Shown here in pieces: positions 32,417 to 42,056 of a stretch of 64,000 nt of DNA. Location: positions 160,001 through 224,000 of the forward strand of contig CAVVUN010000015.1 of the NCBI GenBank assembly GCA_963751455.1, given 5' to 3'. The position numbers were made by a program, and so were the translations under genes. The notes under the pieces were generated by a model that did no database searches, was not told where the DNA came from, and worked only from the letters and a program-made list of their open reading frames with translations. Source of the stretch: Nitrospirota bacterium. Lineage in GTDB: Bacteria; Nitrospirota; UBA9217. Each line of letters begins with the position of its first letter. Position 1 is the first letter of the stretch.

Positions 32417-32766
32417 AGTGCCTCCCTTCCCATTCCGGAATCGTCCCCTGTTCTTATCCAAAGTATACCAGAGGATTACGAATGAAAAGGCAGCGCTCTG
32501 CTTCATAATCAAAGCTACCCATCAACGATAGCCCACCTCCCTTACCCATGATAGCAGCACTCAGTTTGCGTTTTATTTTTGCTTGAAAAGATTTAGGAAG
32601 TAACGGGCAGCGTCACGTCTTAAAACTCCGAACGCTGCTTGCTCTAAAATCTTGTCCTCGAAGGATTCTATCGGGAAGCCTTTATCTGGGGAAACGCGCA
32701 ACGTGGAACTATAGTAAATGATGTGCATCGTGTCTCTTCCTCAATCTTGAAAGTGCGACTCAATCA

Positions 32767-32875
32767 ATACCCCGCAGCAAGCTGACGGGGTATAAAGGTA
32801 AATTGTTCAACTGAGAAACCTGCGGTTTCTCTTACTCTTCCCTCTATACGGTGACCACGTAGCAAGCTACGTGGA
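32767..32875. mobile_element. IS200/IS605-like hairpin-ended MITE
   Basis: ATACCCCGCAGCAAGCTGACGGGGTAT and CCACGTAGCAAGCTACGTGG hairpins with a shared core. Confidence 0.5.
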
Positions 32876-32909
32876 ATAGCAAGTTCAAATAATATTTCGA
32901 AAAAAGAAC

Positions 32910-33562
32910 AAACGTTAATAGGTGAGACCTGACCCTAAGATTCTCCTAAGATTCTCTCTAAGATTCTCTACGATTCTCTCAAAACTAAAAACTAGCAACT
33001 GTATTAGACGGTGCATCGTGTCCTCTTTCATCATGCGTTAAAATTACCCGATTTACGATATCCAATAATAGCGATCCATTAAGCCTCTAGTGGAAAAATT
33101 CACGAGTAAAACTCTGAATGTTAATGGGTGAGGCCTGAACCTAAAGATTCTGGTAGATTAAGCCTCTGGCGGAAAAAATCTCCAGGTAAAATCCCGAATG
33201 TCAACAGATGAGACCTGACCCTAAAGATTCCTTTTCCTCGATGATAGAAACTTCCTGGCCAACGATAGCAATCGTCTTTTCCATTTTACTCTGAACTCAG
33301 AACTGAGAACTCCGAACTGTAATTCACGATAGCCTACTTTCTTTCCCACGATAGCAATTCTTTTTGACTTCTGAACGCAGCCTGCCCCGAGACAGTCTAT
33401 TCGGGGAACTAAGAACCGTGAACTGTAATTACTCACGTTCATCATGCGTTAAAATTACCCGATTTACGATATTCAATAATAGCGATCGATTAAGCTGTGG
33501 CGGGAAAAAATTCTCTGGTAAGACTCTGAATGTTAACAGGTGAGACCTGACCCTAAAGATTT
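32910..33562 (-). repeat. Four copies of the transposase-associated end motif (GAGACCTGACCCTAA on +)
   Basis: Copies near 32923, 33130, 33210 and 33542; reverse complement of TTAGGGTCAGGTCT at 52732 and 58026. Confidence 0.8.
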
Positions 33563-33567
33563 TTTTT

Positions 33568-34485
33568 CTCGACACCCTGAAGCCGTACAAGGAGCAGATC
33601 GTCGGTATTGTTGTCGAATCTACATTCAACTGGTACTGGCTCGTGGATTTGCTTATGGATGCAGGTTACCGTGTTCATTTAGCCAATCCTGCAGAGATTC
33701 AAAAATATTCCGGGCTTAAGTACTCCGATGATCAGGACGACGCTTTCTGGCTGGCCGAGATGCTTCGCTTGGAAATCTTGCCTGTAGGATATATCTACCC
33801 GAAGGAGGATCGCCCTGTTCGGGATCTCTTTCGAAAAAGGGCGCATCTGGTGAGGGTCCGCACATCATTGATTCTGGGACTCCAAAATATCATCGCGCGC
33901 AATAACGGGATCAGGCTCAAACCAGATGATGTGAAAGCGTTACGAACAAATCGCATCGCTCCTTTGCTTGAGCACGACGAAGACCTGGCGCTGGCTGGTC
34001 AGGTGAGCAAGGATTCTATAGATTTTCTGACGCGCCAGATCAAAACAGTCGAACGGGTCCTCGAAAAAAAAATGGATCTCCGGGAAGGGTACGGCGAACT
34101 CCGCACCCTTCCCGGGGTAGGGAAAATCTTGGGCCTTACCATCATGCTGGAGACCATGCTGGAGACCGGCCCGATCAGCCGTTTTACCAAGGTCGGCAAC
34201 TACGCATCCTATTGCCGGAAGGTCTCCAGTAAATGGATCAGCAACGAGAAGCAAAAGGGCAAAGGGAACAAGAAGTGCGGCAACAAGTATTTGGCATGGG
34301 CCTTCTCCGAGGCGGCTGAAATTGGGCGCCGCGAGAATGAGGATGTACGGGCTTATTTCAACCGCAAGTCACAGAAGACGAACAGGATGGTGGCGCATAA
34401 CGCTCTTGCCCACAAATTAGCGAGAGCTGCCTATTACATCATGCGGGATGGAGTTTCATTCATGCCGCAGAAGTGTTTTGGATGA
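33568..34485 (+). mobile_element. IS110 family transposase, 5'-truncated
   Basis: VVESTFNWYWL, HLANP, D..DAFWLA, LPGVGKIL, GNKYLAWAFSEAA; internal 12-nt duplication (MLETMLET). Confidence 0.88.
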
Positions 34486-35129
34486 AGGTTGGCTGGGACG
34501 GTGAACCAGTATTGGGGTTGGCAGAACCATGAGAAGTGATTGGTCAATCCGTCCCACCCCTTTTATATCGTTATCAGCGTCTTTACTGCCCGTGCCGCGA
34601 GCCTTCACCGGGTTGGCTTATAACCACGAGACGTGAAAAAACAATTTGGACGCGGCAAGGAGCCGAAGATTTTCTGGTCCCGCGATGCGGGAAAGGGTCA
34701 CGGATAAAGCCTTACCGATGACCGTGATCCTGATGGGTGACTGGTGCAGTGAAAAAACTGACGCCGAAACCTAAAGAAACTGCGGCAATGGTCAAGACTG
34801 ACGATGACGAAAAGGCTTGACGAGAAACGTTTCCGTTTCTCGTCACAAGATAGCTTTTTTCCCTTGACAGTGTCCTTTAAATGGGCGACCCCGATCGACG
34901 CCGAAGCGATTCCTATGGTATCCACTTGTTGTTGGTTTAACAATCTCCCTTATTTAGCCCTATAAAGATAGCCGCAAAATGGCATTTTTCCCGTCTCAGC
35001 GACCCGTGAATAGTTGAAATTGCGTTGCATTTGCATTACAAAGTATCTATTTCTGTTAGATCAGCACTTATGGCGTTATTCAATTATAGATTTTACTTTC
35101 AAAATCAAATAGTTTAAAAATTGCTAATT

Positions 35130-35145
35130 TGGCATTACACGTGCA
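35130..35145 (+). promoter_or_regulatory. Sigma-54 promoter of island operon 1
   Basis: TGGCAT-TACAC-GTGCA, GG/GC 12 nt apart; IHF-like AATCAAATAGTT upstream. Confidence 0.6.
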
Positions 35146-35190
35146 TCATATAAAATAATTAAAATTTATGGCGGTTTAAGGAGGTTAAGC

Positions 35191-35865
35191 ATGGGCAACG
35201 AACTCTTATATGAATATCTAGCTGGAAAGATTCTCCAAGATCTGATTTCCTCTGTGCCATTGGATAATAATTTGGCAAAAGAACTGAATAAATATCCAGT
35301 AATCGATCACATAAGAGATCAGGTCCAAGACGTTCATTTTAGCACTATTTCAAAACTTATTGCTGCTAAGTCTTGCTCAAAAGAAGTGAAGCAGTTAGCA
35401 GTTGGTCTCTTGCACAAGTATATTAGGGCTGAAAGACATGGGACAGAAATTAAACTTTTACTGTCTGATCTCTGGGAAACAGGTGACATGGAAGAGAAGT
35501 TTCATGTTATGTGGCGATTGCTGGATTTCGGTGACCTTGAAGAAAGCTTCCATTATGAGATGTTTGCATTTTTAAAGAGCAATAAAGATTATATTCTGTC
35601 CAAAACATTAGGTTGGTGCGGCTCTGAAGCTAAAATTCTGGACTATGCTGCCTCAAGACTAACAAACAAGTCTTTTCCAAAAACAAAATCCTGGATTTAC
35701 TTATTTATTGCCTCTCTCAGTCCTGACAAAGAGAATGCAAAAAGTCTTATTTCAAAATATGCTGATGGCGCCCAGCCTGTCCTCCGCAGAGTTGCCGATG
35801 AAATTATAGACGAACTTGACTCTTCTGAATTACAAACCTTCAACGATCAAGTTTGTTTTTGTTGA
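35191..35865 (+). CDS. Hypothetical alpha-helical protein
   Basis: AAGGAGG RBS, 224 aa. Confidence 0.7.
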   Translation: MGNELLYEYLAGKILQDLISSVPLDNNLAKELNKYPVIDHIRDQVQDVHFSTISKLIAAKSCSKEVKQLAVGLLHKYIRAERHGTEIKLLLSDLWETGDMEEKFHVMWRLLDFGDLEESFHYEMFAFLKSNKDYILSKTLGWCGSEAKILDYAASRLTNKSFPKTKSWIYLFIASLSPDKENAKSLISKYADGAQPVLRRVADEIIDELDSSELQTFNDQVCFC

Positions 35866-36116
35866 AGTCCATAAAGGATCCCAATTGTTTTTAATTTAAG
35901 CGACTTTAAAAGCATTACTAAAGATAGGTCTGATTCATCAACAATAAATGATTAATATCCGAAGGCCAAATGATCAAAAGTGACTAAATTAAAGATCTTA
36001 TTTCTATCACAGAGGGGGGCCCTACTGATTAAAAGCTCATTGATGTGTCAAACGTTCTCACCATCAACGAATAAACGGATGAAGCAGAATATCTTTTGTG
36101 AAAGCGAATTAATCCG

Positions 36117-36812
36117 ATGACCTATGAGTTCCCTGCTCTCCTCCCAAAGCTTTATAGTTTCACAGAGCCGTTTATTTTTTCAAAAATACTTTCTGATTCA
36201 AGAGTATTGGACGTAGGTTGTGGAGATGGTTATCTCACTAAAAGAATAATAATGAATACTAAGGCAAAGCAGGTCGTGGCAGTAGATATAAATGGCGACA
36301 TATTAATGAAAGCTGAAAGAACTCAGGCGGATACCAGAATAGAATATGTTCTTGGAGATGGCGAAGATTCCGAGCTATTTAAAATAATTGGTGGATTTGA
36401 TTTTATACTTCTCAGAAACACATTTCATCATTTTGATGATAAGGAAAAATTTTTAACAAATTTCTACAATCTTCTCAACAAAAGTGGTGTACTTCTAATC
36501 CTCGATTTGGACAAAGAAGCGAACTATTCCTTGCTGGGATTGCCTATTCCTTTACTGGTGACATTCTGGCAATCAGTTAAGATTAACGGTTTAATAGAAA
36601 CAACAAAAATATTATGGAATACTAAATTCTTTTTAAATAACACATTCAGAATGCACCGACATGAAGACCGGCAAAAACTTAAGCTTAGCGGGTGGCTGAC
36701 ATTCCAAGAAGTTAGCGAGAAAGTCATGAAACTTCTTCCCGGATGTAAGGTAGCTCGTTTGGGCAGCGTGTGTGGCTATGGAGGTTGTTATTATGTACTG
36801 TATCAAAAATGA
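36117..36812 (+). CDS. Class I SAM-dependent methyltransferase
   Basis: VLDVGCGDG, FDFI..NTFHH. Confidence 0.85.
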   Translation: MTYEFPALLPKLYSFTEPFIFSKILSDSRVLDVGCGDGYLTKRIIMNTKAKQVVAVDINGDILMKAERTQADTRIEYVLGDGEDSELFKIIGGFDFILLRNTFHHFDDKEKFLTNFYNLLNKSGVLLILDLDKEANYSLLGLPIPLLVTFWQSVKINGLIETTKILWNTKFFLNNTFRMHRHEDRQKLKLSGWLTFQEVSEKVMKLLPGCKVARLGSVCGYGGCYYVLYQK

Positions 36813-37601
36813 TAATATCGGTTTCTGCGCTGAAAATGTTTCCAAAACCTTCGATTCTAATAACCAGCAGGAAGTTGTTTTAAAGGGATTCGATATCACA
36901 ATTGATCGAGGCGAATTTATTTCTATTCTAGGCCTTTCCGGCATAGGGAAAAGCACCGTATTTAAAATTTTGAGCGGTCTTACAGAACCTACAGATGGTA
37001 ACGTTACTTACGGCGGTATCCCCGTTAAATGCGCATTATCGCAACGCAAATTCAGCTGTGTTTTTCAACGCCCTGTACTGGCTGATTGGAGAACCGTAAT
37101 AGAGAATGCCTTATTGCCGCTCGAAATCTTAAGACCCAAAGACAAGGCAAACATTGATATTGCAAATAACCTCCTTAAAGCAGTCGGTTTGGAGAATGAT
37201 TTGTCTAAATATCCGAGAGAATTGTCTGGGGGCATGCGGCAAAGATTGAGTCTTGCGATGGCCCTTTCATACGATCCAGAAGTTCTCTTTCTCGATGAAG
37301 CGTTTGGCGCTCTCGATGCAGTAACTCGGAGAAAGCTTCAATCTCTCCTACTAAATATCTGGAGTGTATCTAACAAGAAACAAACGGTCATTTTTATAAC
37401 ACATGATGTGAATGAAGCTTGTTTTATGGCAGATCGAATATTTATTCTGAACAGGAAACCAATTTCAGTAATAAAGGAATTGATGATCCCTTTTCCAAGA
37501 CCCGGGATTTTAGTTTATTATATTCACCAGAATTCAAGGACATTGCGGAAGAGGCGTATAAAAGCATTGAATGCAATGGAGTTGAGAAATGTGTACTGTG
37601 A
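36793..37601 (+). CDS. NitT/TauT-type ABC transporter ATPase (frameshift near 37503)
   Basis: GLSGIGKST, LSGGMRQR, LDEAFGALD, ITHD. Confidence 0.88.
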
Positions 37602-38200
37602 TTTCTGAAAATTCGATGGGGATCGCCTGGTTGATGTGTTTGAAATGGATAATTGAAAACGGCGATCAAATATTGGATGAAGATGTTAAATTAAATGAAT
37701 ATATTTCCCTTGTGTTAGATGTCAATCAACCTGATCAACTTGATTCAATAACCGAATCATTTTGGGCTTTGAAGTTCTGCGATGTTCAGCCTAAAACAAA
37801 AAATATTTTCGATTATATGTCAAGACTTAACAATTATAACGGCGTTAATCAGATTGATGTTATTCGAGATCGACTGCTAAGTAAACCCGAGACAAAATCC
37901 GCGACTGTAATAACTCTAATGCCCAGCAGTGATATTCAGAGAGTGCCATGTTTGGTATCCGCTGATTTTAAAATAAGGGGAGGAAAGTTGATAACGCAAT
38001 CTTTTTTTAGAAGTCAGGATGTATGGAACAAACAACCTTTTAATTTATTACTTCTAAAAAACGTTGCATCATTCTTAGCTAATGACCTTAATGTGAGGCT
38101 TGGGTCAATTAAACTGTACATCGCGTCTGCTCACATTTACGAGAGTGACCTTCAAGAAGCGACAACTTTCATAAAGGCAAATCATAAACATGGAATTTAA
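37589..38200 (+). CDS. Thymidylate-synthase-fold enzyme (short, divergent)
   Basis: NQID, VPCL catalytic Cys, FRSQD, QPFN, SAHIYE. Confidence 0.8.
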   Translation: MCTVISENSMGIAWLMCLKWIIENGDQILDEDVKLNEYISLVLDVNQPDQLDSITESFWALKFCDVQPKTKNIFDYMSRLNNYNGVNQIDVIRDRLLSKPETKSATVITLMPSSDIQRVPCLVSADFKIRGGKLITQSFFRSQDVWNKQPFNLLLLKNVASFLANDLNVRLGSIKLYIASAHIYESDLQEATTFIKANHKHGI

Positions 38201-38753
38201 TACTGGCCAAGTAGCTGTACTGGGCAAGGAAAAGATTAATCCGGAAATTCCGGAGCACCTCTATGCAATGGAAGAAGGTTACTTATTAGGAAAAGCACTT
38301 GGTCGAAAAAAGATAGTGGTTATTACTGGCGGGTTGGGTGGAATAATGGAAGCAGTCTCAAAAGGTGTGGCTGAATCCGGAGGTGTCTGTGCTGGCATCA
38401 TCCCTGTTTTATCCGAAGAAGAAAAGGTATTGAGAAAGCCAAATAAATATTCAACAGTCAAGATTAATACAGGGATGGATCAGCGATTGAGAATTCCGTT
38501 ACTTATTCGTTCGAGTGACGCCATTATCGTGATTTCAGGAGGCATGGGTGCGTGGCTTGAAGCAGCTTTTGCTCTGGCAAACGGACTTCCAATCATAACC
38601 TTGCCAAAAACTGGGGGAACTGCTGCGAGATTAGTATCGGAAAATCCATTTAAAGACAAAGTCCTCATTGCAAAAGATGGACTACATGCTGCTGAAATTG
38701 TGACTAATTTATTTAAAAAGGGGAATAAAGATGAAAACATTGTTGAAAAGTAA
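38190..38753 (+). CDS. LOG/SLOG family protein (TIGR00725-like)
   Basis: TGGLGGIMEAVSKG, SDAIIVISGGMGAWLE. Confidence 0.82.
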   Translation: MEFNTGQVAVLGKEKINPEIPEHLYAMEEGYLLGKALGRKKIVVITGGLGGIMEAVSKGVAESGGVCAGIIPVLSEEEKVLRKPNKYSTVKINTGMDQRLRIPLLIRSSDAIIVISGGMGAWLEAAFALANGLPIITLPKTGGTAARLVSENPFKDKVLIAKDGLHAAEIVTNLFKKGNKDENIVEK

Positions 38754-39729
38754 ACAGCTATTTGCTATCCTCTTATTTGCATTCTTCCTGGCTCTCGTTA
38801 GTTCCAATGCAAAAGCAGAGAAGCTGTCAAAAGTCAAGATCATGCTCGATTGGAAGCCAGGAGCCGAGCATTCCTTTCTTTATTTAGGACAAGAAAAGAA
38901 TATTTTCAGGGACAATGGTATTGATTTAGAAATAGTTCCAGGACAAGGTTCATCATACTCCGTTAATATGGTTGATGCAAGAAATGTTGACTTCGCTCTT
39001 TGTGCTGGCGAGTCCGCGCTACAAGGACGCAGCAGTGAACCACAGCGGAGCATTAAGGTACTTGCTATTTTCTATCCCAATACGCCAGCATCCGTTTATT
39101 CTTTAAAATCAAAAAATATTAAGAAACCGACCGATCTTTACGGCAAGAAAGTCGGTGTAATGAAAGGATCCTCTGCTTATAAGCAGTATCTAGCTTTTGT
39201 TGAAAAAGAGAACCTTGATAAGAATAATATAATTGAAATACCCTCTGCTGGAAGTATTCAAGAAATATTATCGGGAGACCTTGATGCTATGGTCCATTTT
39301 TCATTTCAACATCCTTTGCAGGTGAAGTTGAAAGGATATGGGATAAATGAAATTTTATTTAAGGATTACGGCGTAAAAGTTTACGGTCAGGGACTGATAG
39401 CGAGTGATGATACCTACAACTACAAAAAGGACTTAGCGAAACGAGTAGTTAAATCTGTAATATTATCGCTTCAATACTCATTGCAGCATCCAGAAGAAGC
39501 TTTGGGCGTATTTTTCAAGCTTTTCCCTGAACAAGATAGAGAGTACTCGAAAGCAAAACTGAACTGGGTTAATAGCTTTATCGAGCAAGGACAACACAAA
39601 GGGCAGCCTCTTGGGTATCAGGACGAAGAAGGTTGGAAAGCAACTCAATCTTATCTGTTGAGTCAGGGCCTCATCGATAAGAGTATTTCTCTAAGAAGTC
39701 TTTATTCTAACGAGTTCCTTGTAAGATGA
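38731..39729 (+). CDS. NMT1/THI5-like ABC substrate-binding protein
   Basis: Signal peptide, LDWKPGAEH, GIDLEIVPGQGS, DLYGKKVG. Confidence 0.85.
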   Translation: MKTLLKSKQLFAILLFAFFLALVSSNAKAEKLSKVKIMLDWKPGAEHSFLYLGQEKNIFRDNGIDLEIVPGQGSSYSVNMVDARNVDFALCAGESALQGRSSEPQRSIKVLAIFYPNTPASVYSLKSKNIKKPTDLYGKKVGVMKGSSAYKQYLAFVEKENLDKNNIIEIPSAGSIQEILSGDLDAMVHFSFQHPLQVKLKGYGINEILFKDYGVKVYGQGLIASDDTYNYKKDLAKRVVKSVILSLQYSLQHPEEALGVFFKLFPEQDREYSKAKLNWVNSFIEQGQHKGQPLGYQDEEGWKATQSYLLSQGLIDKSISLRSLYSNEFLVR

Positions 39730-40512
39730 AAAATATTTCGGTTAAATATTTGCTTGCTTTGTCGTTAGCCATTTCCTTATTGTTATGGGAAGGAATCGTC
39801 AGACTCTTTAATGTTTCAGCGGGCATATTCCCACCCGTCTCGATTGTCCTGGTGAAGATTTATGTCAAAAGAAATCTTTTATTCACTCACTTATCTTATA
39901 CGTTACTCGAAGATCGTCCTCGGTTTTGTCATCGGATTTATGACGGGGATAGTGCTTGCATTGATTTGTGACAGAATCACGATTATAAAAAAGATCCTTT
40001 ATCCGATACTGGTCTCCTTCCAATCTGTCCCTAAAATAGCAGTCGCGCCTCTTTTTGTTATCTGGTTCGGCTATGGGTTATTACCGAAGGTTATGATGGC
40101 TGCTATGATTTCTTTTTTTCCAGTTCTAATAAGTACTATGGCAGGATTAAGCGCTTATGATGAAGAAGTTAAAATGTTTATGGATATGCTTAATACTTCA
40201 TGGTGCCAAAGAATGTGGAAAATAAAGCTCCCTTATGCGATACCCTACATACTGACTGGCAGTAAAGTATCGATAACATTTGCAGCTGTAGGCGCTATAT
40301 TGGGTGAATTTGTGAATCCTAGCAAGGGGCTCGGGTATCTGATAGACATTGGTAAGGAAAATTTCGATACATCTTTGCAGTTTGCAGCAATTCTGCTGGT
40401 AAGCATCATGGGTTGGATCCTTTTCGAGGCCATATCTTTAATCGAGCTATTCTTCTTTAAGAAATACTCAAGATCTGTGTCCCAAGAAGGAATCGATACT
40501 CGATATGTCTAA
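39726..40512 (+). CDS. ABC transporter permease (frameshift near 39912)
   Basis: QSVPKIAVAPLFVIWFGYG, GAILGEF, GLGYLI. Confidence 0.85.
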
Positions 40513-42055
40513 TCCGAAATTAAATACAATCGCACATTGGAGGGATAAAATAAATTTTGCTTATTTGGCAAGCAGCGGCGTCGAAGACTGCGCCGAGCGA
40601 ATTACCGACATTATTGAAAGCCCTGATTTTTTGTCTTTTCTATGGAAAGAGTTTTCATATTGGCGAGCGAATATTTATACGTCAGATCCAGACGGACATT
40701 TTGAGTGCCTTCATAGGGGCATAGACAATAAGAGACTTGCTTTTCAGATCAGAGTGCCTTGGCTTTGTATTCACATGGACAATAATGGGACACTTTCGCC
40801 AAAACTAGAAAGAGCTTATAAAGTCATAAGAAACAGTGAAAAACCGCAATTAGCTGACGAGAATTTTCGAGATGAATATGAAGCAAAATTATTTGATAAG
40901 AGACAGAGAGAGGAGATTACAAGTTCAACACGGCTTTATCATTGGTACAAAAATCACTGCAAAGATATGCGCAGATTTAATGAACTTTGCATTGTAGTAA
41001 CCGAAGGGGAGATGCTCTTCTATCGACTGATGACTGATCTCGACTTTAGGGGCCAAATAACGGCGAGAGAAACGAATAAAGTGATTGAATGGATAAACGA
41101 CAATGCAAAAAATAACGATGTCATAAATCTCATATCTCCACTAAAAGTGGCCGACTTCATTAAAAGTCTTCATGGAAAAAAAATTACGTTAACTACAGAT
41201 CGGGTAGACTTAGCATGGGATACTACTAAAATTAACCCCAAACGCGAAATGACTATCTTGAAAAGCAGGAATATTGTTTTTTTCCCGTGTGGCAAATTTT
41301 ATTCGCATGACCACTTATCTGAGGTTTTTTTCTTAGGCAGCTTTTATGATACTAAAAAGATGTTGGATAATATATCTGCTATTATTGCATTGTTCTCGGA
41401 TTTAGCTTTCAAAGGAATTAGTTTATATGAGCAGAAGCTTGGTGAGGAAAAACTCATTTATGATAGGCATCATGAATTCGGCAATACCATTGCGCGGTTA
41501 CAAAGTACCTTTAATCGAAATTTATCTCCAAACCAAAAATTACGAGAAATACGAAAGAAAATAGCTCTGCTTAGGGAATGCTATTATGACTGGATAGACC
41601 CTAAGCGTCTTGAGTCAATTGAAAAGGTCGATATTTCTCAAATATTAAAAGAACTAAAGAATTTGTCGGAATCAACTCCGTATCCCAAGCATTTCAGCCA
41701 TCTCAAAAGCATTTATTATGTCAAAGCGAACAAGAGACTTCTTTCGAGTTCTATATTCGAACTTATACGTAACTCTATCAAACATACAAACGAAACACTC
41801 ATAGATAATTACCTTAAAATCAGTGCCAAGATAGAAAATAACAGAGTATTTATAACGATCTCAGATATGGCAAACAGTCTTACAGAAGAGATTTTCAAGG
41901 AATCTGCAAATAATCCTATTTTGAACCAGAACGGAGCGCATAAAGGTTTATATACTTCAAGAAAATATATCGAAAAACTTGGCGGCACTCTTTCGTTTCA
42001 TCCTAAACAGCCGAGAGGATCAATATTAATTATAACTCTTCCAGTGGAGCGATAA
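40505..42055 (+). CDS. Cytoplasmic sensor histidine kinase with unrecognised input domain
   Basis: HHEFGN H-box, ELIRNSIKH N-box, KGLYTSRKYIEKLGG; no TM helix. Confidence 0.75.
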   Translation: MSNPKLNTIAHWRDKINFAYLASSGVEDCAERITDIIESPDFLSFLWKEFSYWRANIYTSDPDGHFECLHRGIDNKRLAFQIRVPWLCIHMDNNGTLSPKLERAYKVIRNSEKPQLADENFRDEYEAKLFDKRQREEITSSTRLYHWYKNHCKDMRRFNELCIVVTEGEMLFYRLMTDLDFRGQITARETNKVIEWINDNAKNNDVINLISPLKVADFIKSLHGKKITLTTDRVDLAWDTTKINPKREMTILKSRNIVFFPCGKFYSHDHLSEVFFLGSFYDTKKMLDNISAIIALFSDLAFKGISLYEQKLGEEKLIYDRHHEFGNTIARLQSTFNRNLSPNQKLREIRKKIALLRECYYDWIDPKRLESIEKVDISQILKELKNLSESTPYPKHFSHLKSIYYVKANKRLLSSSIFELIRNSIKHTNETLIDNYLKISAKIENNRVFITISDMANSLTEEIFKESANNPILNQNGAHKGLYTSRKYIEKLGGTLSFHPKQPRGSILIITLPVER

Positions 42056-42056
42056 A

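Noticed and set aside
32910-33562. CRISPR array
   Set aside because: Spacing is irregular, spacers share sequence, there are no cas genes, and the repeat matches transposase ends
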